Positions 40,441-49,701 of a DNA stretch of 64,000 nt are shown here, one piece after another. Numbering within the stretch: position 1 is the stretch's first letter; every line of letters begins with the position of its first letter. Under the pieces are notes generated by a model that made no database searches, was not told the DNA's origin, and worked only from the letters and a program-made list of their open reading frames with translations. Both the position numbers and the translations under genes were made by a program. The stretch lies in the IMG/VR virus record IMGVR_UViG_3300028581_000034. One strand, written 5' to 3'. Origin of the DNA: an uncultured virus (IMG/VR IMGVR_UViG_3300028581_000034). Its lineage: Duplodnaviria > Heunggongvirae > Uroviricota > Caudoviricetes.

Positions 40441-43400
40441 TACAGTAATTCCACTTTAGTTGTTATAACACTTCCGTTTATGGTCGCCCACTTAGATGTA
40501 TCCGTATTAGTATTATTTTTTAACCCTAAATCTTTGATGTATGTTTTTTGTTCAGTCGTTGGGGTTGATGAAACTTCATATGTGAAGACTCTTTTCTTGT
40601 CCAATGGGAATGGTGTGTAGTTCAAATAGTTTGTCATTTGAGATTTTTCAAATTCATTAATCCAAGCTTTTGTAACCTCATCTTCTTTAGAATATACTCT
40701 ACGAGAATCTTTTTGCCAATAATTTCTAAATTTATTTTGAAAATCATCTTTACCATCGCCAACTAAATCTTTATTGGTTATAATATTACCGATAATTGCA
40801 TTTTCAAACGATTCATAAAGTTTTTGGTCAATAACATCTTTTGATAATATCGCATATTCCCTACGTTTTGAATTTTCATCCCACCAAATATCATCTGTAA
40901 ATGGTACAAAAACGTTTTGTGTTACTTGGTTAGCTTGGAGTGGGTCGGTGACAAACATACCGGTATAAGCAACACCATTAATTGTTGTTTGAAAATCAAT
41001 CTGACAAGCATCGTCAAACGCCTCCAAATTATTGGCAATTTTTTCAAAATCAGCACTTATTTCTTCATACGTGTTTGTAACACCAACTGATGAACTGTGA
41101 ATTGCAGTTGTGCCCGAAATATTATAAATTACTTCAAGTCCATTTGTTTGTTGATATCCGTCAGTACCTTCACTTGCAGATAATGGATTGTATGTAATAA
41201 CATTTGTTCTTGCAAGTAATTGTATGTATTGTGTTTGTGCATTTGTTATACTCTGAATAATTGTTGATAATGGATTAACAAAACTATTCTGTTTTTCTGT
41301 AACAAATGTTTTCATATTTTGTTTCAATTGTCTCAATGCTTTTTTTGAGAAATTGAATTCGGTAGTATTCATATACCCAACAAAACCATTTTCAGAATCT
41401 ATATCACTAATATATTGAGAAAATAAATCATCAACAGTTTTTTGGAAATTAATTGGTTTACCGTAAATGTTTACAATGTCATTTGAACTATAAGCCAATA
41501 TGTAACCATCAGTATAATTTCTTTGTATTGGGAACAATTGTCTAATTGCGTTGTTATATTGACTATTAACATCTTTAGTTTTATTGACGATTGTTGCAAA
41601 ATAATTTTGGGTGTTCCCAACTAATTGGGTCATTAATGTTTTATATTCAATCGTTCCGTATTGAACACCGTTCTCATCTGTTTCAGTTGTTAAAACCTTA
41701 CCAATAGTCTCTAAGTTAGATTGTGGTCTTGTATTCTCAACTTGGTTAATCGTTGGTGGTGGTACTTCTAATCCTAAATTCTTTACAAATTGTTGGTCTA
41801 AAATTTTATAACTGTCATCAGTTGCGTCCGCCCTATCATCATAAATTTCTGTGTTACCGTAGAAGTTAAATGTTAATGCGTTTTGTAGTTTGTCTACAGC
41901 ACTTTTTAAACCTTGTCCACCAACAAAACTAAATGATAAAGTGACGTTAGCAATCATAGGTTGAACCCCAATACCTTCAGGGTTTAAATCCAAACCTTCA
42001 TAAGTTAGTGAAAGGTTGTCTGGAATAATTTTAGAGTGGAAAAAGTCACCAACTCTTAAAACCAATACTGGAGGTGCACCAAATGCGGTGTTAATGGCGT
42101 TATTATATTCTAATTGTCCTTCAGAATTGACTGTTGGTATTGTATCACCAGGTCTCATACATTGTTGTAAAAATGTAAGTCTACTGTTTAATCCTTCAGG
42201 TGTAATTGAGTGGAATGATGGGTGAAAGAATTTTAATTTTTCTTTTAAGTTATCGTACACCATTGGTGTCTCTTGTTTAATAACCTCAAAATAATCACAC
42301 TCAGATAATAAACTTCTTAAAACTCTCTTAGTAATGTTGTCCCTAAGAACAGTTTCTTCTGTTATAACTTGTTGAACAACAGTTTTGGAATCAACAACTG
42401 TTGTTAATTGTTCTTGAACCCTTGGTTGTGTAGGGTCAATCTTTGATGGTTGTTGGACAGGTACTGGCGTTTTGTCGTTAACAGTAAGTTTTACTCTTCT
42501 ACACGCCATGGCACTTGTTGAATAAATTTTATCGTTACCCGTTAAATTCTGCGTACAATTTACCGAATCAAAAATGTTAACAACATCACCAATTTCAGAT
42601 TCAGGAATTACGATAGTTTCACCATCAGGTATTTCTACAAAAGTTATTTGTTTGTTATCCAAATAAGTTTGAAGACCTAATGTTTCTAAGAAATATTTCT
42701 TTACAGCATTTATTCTTCTTTGAGATAGAGCATCGTTATATGTTGTTGTTTGAGGAGAAGATGCACTACCAACTAAAACCATCTCAATGATACCACCTTG
42801 TGATAATTTTTGTTTCATTAAATTAACTTTAGAATCAATTTTAATTTTATTTGATTCTATAATACTTGTATAAAAAGTTTTAATAGGTTCTCTTTCATCA
42901 GTATTCGCTTGTGATTGATACCTATTTTTAGTTGTCTGTGAAGTGTATGCTGAGTAATATGTTAAATAACTTTCAACAGGAATACTTGGTAATGGAATAT
43001 CATTATCAAAATATAATGCACCAATATCACCCGTAAAATTTTCACTTGAATTACCTGTTTGTGTGGTATTACCATCATTAACTTGTACACCGGCACCATT
43101 TCCACCCCCACCAGTAGTTGCATCATTACCTGTTTGAATGGTGTTTGTCAAATAACGAACCTCTTCAGTTGTAACATTTTTAGTTGATAATTTTTGTTGT
43201 ATTTCAAAAATGTCTCGTGGGTTGATAGTATAATATTTTTGAGCCAATTCATAGAGGTCATATTTTCTACAACCTGCAAAGAATGACTCTAATATACCAT
43301 CCACTCTACTCTTAAGAACTTCGTTTGATAATACTCTATTGACCAACATGTTTAATACAGATGGGTGGTCAACAACAATCTTCCAAGTTAATTGACCCGT

Positions 43401-45485
43401 TCTTGAAGTATTATTGTAAGTGTATACAGGTTCAGGACGACCAATGAAATCAGTCGTTTTAAAACCAGCTCTGGTTGATTCGTTAAATGTTAAACCATAT
43501 GGTGGGAACCACATTACTCTACCTCCATTCGGACCACGTTCACACGCAGGCAAATCTTGGACAGATAATCCCGGTCTGTTTGATGTTCTCCATGCCAAAT
43601 TCTCCAACGAGAACATATATTTCTTGGCATAGAACCCACCACCAAATGGATATCCACCCACTATGTTAGTAGAGTCTTGTCCACCTTCTCTTTTGTTTGG
43701 TGCGATGTTTAAGTTATATGTGTTATCAAACACGGAATAAGCAAACTTTCTACCCTGTGTGGTAATACCATCGGTTTTCTGCAAGTCATTAAACTGAAGG
43801 TATGGAGTATCTTTGGTAAAGATTCTACAATACTCAGCACCTCTTTCTTGACCGATTTCACCAACATAACGAACAACTTTTGAACCTTTGGTAATCTCTT
43901 TATACCCATCGTTGAATACCTTGGATACTTGGTCGATAGCGTTTCCTACGTGTTGGAATCTCTTACCCCCTCTTGGTTGCGAATCAATGATACGTTGGGT
44001 TTCATCCAAGATAGAACCTTGTCTGAAGGTGTAGTTTGTTGATTCAGTTGGACCGTATCCTGCAGGTCCAAAGTCAGGGTCTTCACTTGTTGGGTCTCCA
44101 CCAGGACTTACATACTTACCAGCGTTCCCTCTAAACTTTGGTGATACCCAAGTGAAACCACCTTCAATACCCCCACCACTACTGTATGTCGGTCCGTTAG
44201 CCCCAAGTCTAAGAGCTTTACCAGGTCCTTCATAAAGTTGTGAAAGTTCTGACGGTCCGTAAACAGGTGCTTTAACCTCTCTTCCAAATTGGTCGGTTGG
44301 CACATCACCAACGGGTGAGAATATATTACTTGGTTCTGAAGTCTCTGAACCAACATAATAAAACCCTGCGTTTTCTGTTGCGGGTCTTAGAACTCCTGCA
44401 ACTCTATCAAAAATAGTTTTTGAATAGTTTGGTCTATAAATGTTGTATTCTAAGTTTTTAAATAATATAGACTTTTGACCAGCTCCGGTGTTTTCCAAAA
44501 ATAACACCGAACCTGTCTTAGGTGAACCAAAAAGTCTACCGAAGAATCTTCCAATTCCCGATGCCAAGTTAGCCCCTGCATAAGCCCCAAACAATTGCTG
44601 TGTGGTTCCCTGATTTTGTGGGTTAATACTTGGGTCAAAGTAACTTCCTGGTATTGTTGATAGTGGAACATAAGTTCCTGAAACCCTATTTAATAAATCG
44701 GCTGACGCTCCCAACAATGATGTTGGTTGTGTAATAGTGTAGTTTGGTTCTATAATTGGAACCCTACCTGTTAAAATATTGAGGATATTTGCTCCTCCGT
44801 TGACGTTAAGGAAGTTTGCTCTTCCTAATGTGTTTCGTCTTATTTCTCTTGCAGAGTTGAATAAGAACTGTTCCTTGTAGAAACCAGCACTGATTTTTGC
44901 TAAATAAGAGTCACTTGATAACAAACCATCCGAACCTTGGGGGTCGGGGTTTATAATAAGTGATGATGCTCTATAGGATGAAGGATTAAATGTATTTGGA
45001 TATGGTTGGTTATTGGAACCTCTACCATGTCTGTTTTGTAAAATTTCTAATTGGGTAAAGAACAATCCTGAATCGTATAGCTGATTCTGAGTGTTTGTCC
45101 CACCAAATGGGTTCAGTGGTAACCAAGCACCTTGAATACCAGGAAAACCTGTACGAGCAGCCTGTTGAGCTTCGTTTAGGATTGTTGCATCGCTGTAATC
45201 GTATTCCCCCTCGTTTGAGTTTGTATTCTTAAGGGTGTTAACATCCGGTACTTGGATGTATCCACCATCTCTACCATATTGGTTAAGTGGATATACTTGG
45301 TTAGCAAAAACAGATGTGTCAATTAACGCATCATTACTGTCCGTAGGAGCCATATCCCTAAGGATTGTCTCATAGTTAATCGGAGGGGTAATACTTGATG
45401 GCGACTTTTTGTATGGCACAAGGTTCCTAACAATAAGTTTTTTTCTAAAAACCTCGGAACTAGGAAAATCTAATGAACTTGGCAT
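40440..45485 (-). CDS. Tail tube initiator (gp48/gp54-like) with inserted OmpA-like peptidoglycan-binding domain
   Basis: FIGRPEPVYTYNNTSRTGQLTWKIVVD and APPVLVLRVGDFF...PMIANVTLSF flank LYFDND...GSASSP...YNDALSQRRINAVKKYF...RRV. Sits between tape measure and gp53. Confidence 0.65.
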   Translation of the reverse strand: MPSSLDFPSSEVFRKKLIVRNLVPYKKSPSSITPPINYETILRDMAPTDSNDALIDTSVFANQVYPLNQYGRDGGYIQVPDVNTLKNTNSNEGEYDYSDATILNEAQQAARTGFPGIQGAWLPLNPFGGTNTQNQLYDSGLFFTQLEILQNRHGRGSNNQPYPNTFNPSSYRASSLIINPDPQGSDGLLSSDSYLAKISAGFYKEQFLFNSAREIRRNTLGRANFLNVNGGANILNILTGRVPIIEPNYTITQPTSLLGASADLLNRVSGTYVPLSTIPGSYFDPSINPQNQGTTQQLFGAYAGANLASGIGRFFGRLFGSPKTGSVLFLENTGAGQKSILFKNLEYNIYRPNYSKTIFDRVAGVLRPATENAGFYYVGSETSEPSNIFSPVGDVPTDQFGREVKAPVYGPSELSQLYEGPGKALRLGANGPTYSSGGGIEGGFTWVSPKFRGNAGKYVSPGGDPTSEDPDFGPAGYGPTESTNYTFRQGSILDETQRIIDSQPRGGKRFQHVGNAIDQVSKVFNDGYKEITKGSKVVRYVGEIGQERGAEYCRIFTKDTPYLQFNDLQKTDGITTQGRKFAYSVFDNTYNLNIAPNKREGGQDSTNIVGGYPFGGGFYAKKYMFSLENLAWRTSNRPGLSVQDLPACERGPNGGRVMWFPPYGLTFNESTRAGFKTTDFIGRPEPVYTYNNTSRTGQLTWKIVVDHPSVLNMLVNRVLSNEVLKSRVDGILESFFAGCRKYDLYELAQKYYTINPRDIFEIQQKLSTKNVTTEEVRYLTNTIQTGNDATTGGGGNGAGVQVNDGNTTQTGNSSENFTGDIGALYFDNDIPLPSIPVESYLTYYSAYTSQTTKNRYQSQANTDEREPIKTFYTSIIESNKIKIDSKVNLMKQKLSQGGIIEMVLVGSASSPQTTTYNDALSQRRINAVKKYFLETLGLQTYLDNKQITFVEIPDGETIVIPESEIGDVVNIFDSVNCTQNLTGNDKIYSTSAMACRRVKLTVNDKTPVPVQQPSKIDPTQPRVQEQLTTVVDSKTVVQQVITEETVLRDNITKRVLRSLLSECDYFEVIKQETPMVYDNLKEKLKFFHPSFHSITPEGLNSRLTFLQQCMRPGDTIPTVNSEGQLEYNNAINTAFGAPPVLVLRVGDFFHSKIIPDNLSLTYEGLDLNPEGIGVQPMIANVTLSFSFVGGQGLKSAVDKLQNALTFNFYGNTEIYDDRADATDDSYKILDQQFVKNLGLEVPPPTINQVENTRPQSNLETIGKVLTTETDENGVQYGTIEYKTLMTQLVGNTQNYFATIVNKTKDVNSQYNNAIRQLFPIQRNYTDGYILAYSSNDIVNIYGKPINFQKTVDDLFSQYISDIDSENGFVGYMNTTEFNFSKKALRQLKQNMKTFVTEKQNSFVNPLSTIIQSITNAQTQYIQLLARTNVITYNPLSASEGTDGYQQTNGLEVIYNISGTTAIHSSSVGVTNTYEEISADFEKIANNLEAFDDACQIDFQTTINGVAYTGMFVTDPLQANQVTQNVFVPFTDDIWWDENSKRREYAILSKDVIDQKLYESFENAIIGNIITNKDLVGDGKDDFQNKFRNYWQKDSRRVYSKEDEVTKAWINEFEKSQMTNYLNYTPFPLDKKRVFTYEVSSTPTTEQKTYIKDLGLKNNTNTDTSKWATINGSVITTKVELL

Positions 45486-45497
45486 ACTATTTTATTC

Positions 45498-45505
45498 TAT
45501 AAATA
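45498..45505 (-). promoter_or_regulatory. TATTTATA putative late promoter (tube initiator / hub operon)
   Basis: 12 nt before ATG 45485. Confidence 0.6.
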
Positions 45506-45519
45506 CAGATATCAAAATT

Positions 45520-47259
45520 TTATTTTCTTGATGAAAGTGGTTTAGTACCATTTTCATCTATTTCACCAAGAACTTTTACTAAAGCATTTCTAAATTCTGG
45601 ACTTTGAACATATTGTGTAAGTCTGGCGGTATCAACACCAACAGGGGCATCAATTACAAATCTTACTTGACCATTAATATTAACATCTTTTTGTTGATTT
45701 ACTTCAACATCTTTAGCCATGCTTTTCTTAGCCCTATCAACAGCGGAAGTAATCTTTTCATTATAAAGACTTTCTTCACTACTTCTTGGTTTTTCAATAC
45801 CAAGTTGAGATGCAAGATTCATAAATTTACTAACAACACTACTATTAAGTTCATTTGATTTCTCTTCAACTCTTTTTGTAGCTTCATTAAGAGCGTTCAC
45901 GTCACCTCTTGCCGCTTTTACTAATAAATCTTTAAAGTCATCACCCACAGTTTCAAAGAATTTTCTTGTATCTTCACCACTACCTAAAACTCCTTCAGAA
46001 TATAAGGCACCTGCTATATCGTCACCAGCTCTTTTAAGTGCTTCAGCGCCTCTAATAATCGCCGATTGTCCACCGATAGCATATCCAATTTGGATTGGTA
46101 ATGCCGCAAAATCTCTTTGTATTGTTTCCAAAACACCAAGTTGAGACCTTTGTATATCTTCAACTGTTTTTGGTGCACTTTCTTGGATTTCCCTTAATTT
46201 TTGGAATTCTTCTGATTGTAGGTCACTTAACCTTTTTGTTTGGTCCTTACCTTCATCGTCTTTAATCTGAACAACATAATCACCCTTAAAAGCTCCCGTA
46301 CCCATCTTAGCCATGTTAGCAACCAACATTTTTTCTTCTTCAGTTGCATTGATTCCAAGATTAATCTGACCAAGTCTTCTGTCCATGTCAGCTGCGGATA
46401 GTGCGGTTTTTGTAAATTCAGCCGCGGTCATTCCCGCAGCTTCGGCAATTTCTTTAATTTGTCTTTGTGCACCCGGTGCAATTTTAAATGATTGAGTCTT
46501 CTCATCAAATATCGTAAATTGCTTGGTAAGATTGATTAAACTATCTTGAAGTCCTGCAGGGTCGTTAATTGATTTATCCATTAACACAAACGGGTCAACC
46601 AAATCACCCGCCATAACACCCAATCTTTGGAACGCAGATGCCATTTCAATAGCACCTTGTGGATTCATAACACTGTCAGCGAATTTGGCGGTGGTTGCCA
46701 TATCAAATCGTAACATAGATGCCTGTGCCGCCATTTTTGTTAATCCAACAACACCATCAGAAAAATTAAACCTATTCATGTATTCCATGCTATTGACAAC
46801 GTCTTGCATGATTTTTCTTGAATTAAGTCCTAAACTTTGAACATATCCAATGGATTCTGCGACTGTCTCCCCAACTTGTGATATTTCGTATCCAGCTGCT
46901 TGGAAATTTTCAACAAGTCTTGCAGGGTCCGCTTGTTGACCAATAAGTTGTGCCGCAGCATAAATTTCAGTAATTGTATCTGTAGTTTCAATTACATTTC
47001 TACGAGCACCTTCACTGATAGATATAATTGTTGAATCAATGTCATCAAGAGAAGCACCAACACGGACTAAACTTGATGCAGAATCACTAATAGCATTCGA
47101 AAACTCAACAGCTCTTAATCTACTGTCTCCAAAAGACTTATTAATATTATTAATTCCCGTATAGATTTTATCTATGGTATCTTTAAAGTTCAAGGTGTCT
47201 TGATACGCCTTGAAAACATCACCCATACTATTAAAATCATTCGGATTGTTGTTAGCCAT
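45520..47259 (-). CDS. Tape measure protein (probable)
   Basis: 579 aa, Ala/Gln/Met-rich helical sequence directly after tube and chaperone genes. Confidence 0.7.
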   Translation of the reverse strand: MANNNPNDFNSMGDVFKAYQDTLNFKDTIDKIYTGINNINKSFGDSRLRAVEFSNAISDSASSLVRVGASLDDIDSTIISISEGARRNVIETTDTITEIYAAAQLIGQQADPARLVENFQAAGYEISQVGETVAESIGYVQSLGLNSRKIMQDVVNSMEYMNRFNFSDGVVGLTKMAAQASMLRFDMATTAKFADSVMNPQGAIEMASAFQRLGVMAGDLVDPFVLMDKSINDPAGLQDSLINLTKQFTIFDEKTQSFKIAPGAQRQIKEIAEAAGMTAAEFTKTALSAADMDRRLGQINLGINATEEEKMLVANMAKMGTGAFKGDYVVQIKDDEGKDQTKRLSDLQSEEFQKLREIQESAPKTVEDIQRSQLGVLETIQRDFAALPIQIGYAIGGQSAIIRGAEALKRAGDDIAGALYSEGVLGSGEDTRKFFETVGDDFKDLLVKAARGDVNALNEATKRVEEKSNELNSSVVSKFMNLASQLGIEKPRSSEESLYNEKITSAVDRAKKSMAKDVEVNQQKDVNINGQVRFVIDAPVGVDTARLTQYVQSPEFRNALVKVLGEIDENGTKPLSSRK

Positions 47260-47289
47260 GTTGAATTTCTAAATAAATAGATTCTTTTG

Positions 47290-47469
47290 TTATTTTTGAG
47301 ATTTATCTTCAATCCATTTATTCAAAAGATACTTCCTAATAAAGATAGGCATAATCAAAAATTCTTGGTATGAAACACCAAGTAACGTCTTCAAATAATA
47401 AAATTCGTCTATTTGAGACTTTCTATATTCAGAAGAAAGGACGAAAAAATTCGACCCCAAACCCAACAT
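47290..47469 (-). CDS. 59 aa tail-assembly chaperone C-terminal part (T4 gp51 / lambda T-like); absent from ORF track
   Basis: MLGLGSNFFVLSSEYRKSQIDEFYYLKTLLGVSYQEFLIMPIFIRKYLLNKWIEDKSQK, in the +1 frame overlapping the end of the gp26-like gene. SY.E...MP...R.Y.L pattern. Confidence 0.75.
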   Translation of the reverse strand: MLGLGSNFFVLSSEYRKSQIDEFYYLKTLLGVSYQEFLIMPIFIRKYLLNKWIEDKSQK

Positions 47470-48169
47470 TCACTGTGAGTTTTTCTCCTGACGGGGCCAT
47501 AACAATTCTTTCCATATCCAATCTTGGTTCATTTTCATTCATAAATTTTTTAATGAATTTAGAGTCAGCTATTGGCATCTGCTCTACAAATTTTGTTATT
47601 TCACCCTTATCAGTGTTTCCATTAATACTTTGAATTTCTTTTACTAATCTCATCGTAACTCTTGGAACAACCCTACCTTGTGGGTACGATTCAAATATTT
47701 TTCTAAGTTCTAAACCATCACCATAAGTAAGTGGTTTTAATTTAACTTGAACACCTGATACAGGTAAAGTTGCTGAAAATGTACCATCAGTATCAGGTTC
47801 AGCCCCTTTATTGATGTTTAACTCATCCAACAAAACTTGTGTTTTGAATTCATTACCAGTTACTGGGTCTTTTAAAGACATTTCCATTTCAGGTCCGAAA
47901 GAGGTATTTCTTAAGAAAATTAAAATTGCCTCAATATCACCCTCCAACAACTCTTCAGGTTTCATACCGGGTTCATACAATTTATTTCTAAGAAGTTGCA
48001 TAGTAACATCGTCACTTCTTCCCATCAAAATGTTTTCATCCGCAGCGGTTAGGTATCCTACCTTGACAGAACTTTTTTTGTTTTTATAAAAAATACCTCT
48101 TGAAGGTAATTGAACCACGTCATGTGGCATTGAGAAATTTTCTTGTCCGTATTGTGATATATCTTCCAT
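47429..48169 (-). CDS. Baseplate hub / tail assembly chaperone (T4 gp26-like)
   Basis: VQLPSRGIFY, YLTAADENIL, GDIEAILIFLRNTSFG, LPVSG..VKLKPLT and terminal EFFRP. Sits between tube and tape measure. Confidence 0.8.
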   Translation of the reverse strand: MEDISQYGQENFSMPHDVVQLPSRGIFYKNKKSSVKVGYLTAADENILMGRSDDVTMQLLRNKLYEPGMKPEELLEGDIEAILIFLRNTSFGPEMEMSLKDPVTGNEFKTQVLLDELNINKGAEPDTDGTFSATLPVSGVQVKLKPLTYGDGLELRKIFESYPQGRVVPRVTMRLVKEIQSINGNTDKGEITKFVEQMPIADSKFIKKFMNENEPRLDMERIVMAPSGEKLTVNVGFGVEFFRPFF

Positions 48170-48172
48170 AAT

Positions 48173-48202
48173 AAAAAAACCGTAGAGTTTGGTTCTACTG
48201 TT
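48173..48202 (-). terminator. Possible weak terminator after tail tube gene
   Basis: Imperfect stem AACCGTAGAG-tttgg-TTCTACTGTT followed by a T-run on the minus strand. Confidence 0.45.
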
Positions 48203-48237
48203 AAATATATTGATTTAAAAAAGTAAATAAATAGAAA

Positions 48238-48726
48238 TTAGTAAATTAAAACACAACGGTCAGGTCTTAGACTACAAGTAATTGTAGCTAATCCATCTTG
48301 GGAATAGTTAAGGGTTTGAAAATCTACATTTGTTAGGAATGTTCCGTACAAAATCCATTTTTCAACAACAACACCTGTTGGGTCTACCATCTCAAGGTCA
48401 ATATCTTTTTTATAACCCGCAGCGTAACCCATACGACCTGTCACTGATTCGGCATGTAAACGAACCCACTCCATAAGAGCTTGAGCAGCAGATGGACCAA
48501 TTGGGTCACGGAAGGTAACCGGAATTTCATCCCAGTTAAATCTACCTGCAACAAATGTTGATGTATTCAAAAACTGAATCTCAGTTGAATTAATTTTAAT
48601 TGATGGACGTTTTGTTGATTCAACAAACCATTCGTTAATACCTAACGAAGAAGGAAACCTTAGGATAAAGCGGTTTTGACGCTTCGGTTCGTAAGGTATG
48701 GGCATTTTCATTAATAAATCAGCCAT
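48238..48726 (-). CDS. Tail tube protein (T4 gp19-like)
   Basis: EPKRQNRF, AGRFNWDEIPVTFRDPI, LMEW, YKKD and VVEKWILYG. Confidence 0.92.
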   Translation of the reverse strand: MADLLMKMPIPYEPKRQNRFILRFPSSLGINEWFVESTKRPSIKINSTEIQFLNTSTFVAGRFNWDEIPVTFRDPIGPSAAQALMEWVRLHAESVTGRMGYAAGYKKDIDLEMVDPTGVVVEKWILYGTFLTNVDFQTLNYSQDGLATITCSLRPDRCVLIY

Positions 48727-48761
48727 GTTGTTTTAATTTCTTTAAATTTTTTATCTTTTAT

Positions 48762-48769
48762 TATAAATA
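48762..48769 (-). promoter_or_regulatory. TATTTATA putative late promoter (tail tube)
   Basis: 35 nt before ATG 48726. Confidence 0.6.
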
Positions 48770-48836
48770 CTACCTGTGTGAAAATTTTTCCCTTTACTTT
48801 GTTTTTGAAAAAACTATATCTTCACTAGGTCTAGTT

Positions 48837-49652
48837 CTAGTATTCTTTTTTAATTCCTCCTTTAGTAGAATATACCTTAATTGGTTCTTTGATTTTATCA
48901 AAATGTTTCTTCATTACATCTACATTCTTAATATCATCATCTGAAAAGCCTATTAAAGGTACTCTAGGAGAAAATTTATTGGCAATATCTTTTTTAAGTA
49001 TTGCACTTTTTTGTAAAAGTGCCGCCATGGATTTCACATATCTCACAAAATCTTCCATAGCCGTAACCTTAAGTTCTTCAGGGTTTGCCGCGGAACCCTC
49101 ACCAAAACTTACCGGATTATATTTGTTGAGTTCTAAGTAAGAACGAATCAATTCTTCATCCGTCATTTCTTCTTCACCAACAAAATCACGATATTTTTTT
49201 AAGTTTTTTAATAACGTTTTTTTATCAATACCTTCAAAGTTATTAATAATGTAATTGTATACACCCTCTTTGATGATTTTTGGGTTGTGACCCCTTGCAG
49301 TGATTATCGCAAAAATGGAACCGTTGTTGATTGCTTCTTTAAAGTCATCCCAAGCCGGACCTGGTTTTGCTCTCATAGCATCTATCAAAAATTGTTTATC
49401 ACCTTCCACTCTAAAATTTCTAAAAGGATTGTTAGCATAACCTTTGATTGTTCTGCCCATATAATCAAATGGTTCGTTTCCAATTCTATCTCTAAAAGTT
49501 GCAAAGTCTTCAGTTGACATTTCTATTTCATCACCTGAAGTATCTTCCAAAACTATCTTGGTTGGCATGTGAACGATGTTGTCATCCCAATCAAAGGCAT
49601 AGTATTTTAAATCTGGTGCCTTACCTTCAAAACCTTCTTTAATTCTATTCAT
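48837..49652 (-). CDS. HAD-superfamily phosphatase-like protein
   Basis: Motif I AFDWDDN, motif II IITARGH, a conserved Lys (ELK) and motif IV GFSDDD. Confidence 0.7.
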   Translation of the reverse strand: MNRIKEGFEGKAPDLKYYAFDWDDNIVHMPTKIVLEDTSGDEIEMSTEDFATFRDRIGNEPFDYMGRTIKGYANNPFRNFRVEGDKQFLIDAMRAKPGPAWDDFKEAINNGSIFAIITARGHNPKIIKEGVYNYIINNFEGIDKKTLLKNLKKYRDFVGEEEMTDEELIRSYLELNKYNPVSFGEGSAANPEELKVTAMEDFVRYVKSMAALLQKSAILKKDIANKFSPRVPLIGFSDDDIKNVDVMKKHFDKIKEPIKVYSTKGGIKKEY

Positions 49653-49667
49653 TATTTATAAACGGCT

Positions 49668-49693
49668 AAAAAGTGGGGCCGAAACCCCACTTT
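49668..49693 (-). terminator. Intrinsic terminator after tail sheath gene (UUCG loop)
   Basis: Minus strand AAAGTGGGGT-TTCG-GCCCCACTTT-TT. Confidence 0.85.
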
Positions 49694-49701
49694 GTTTTTT
49701 A

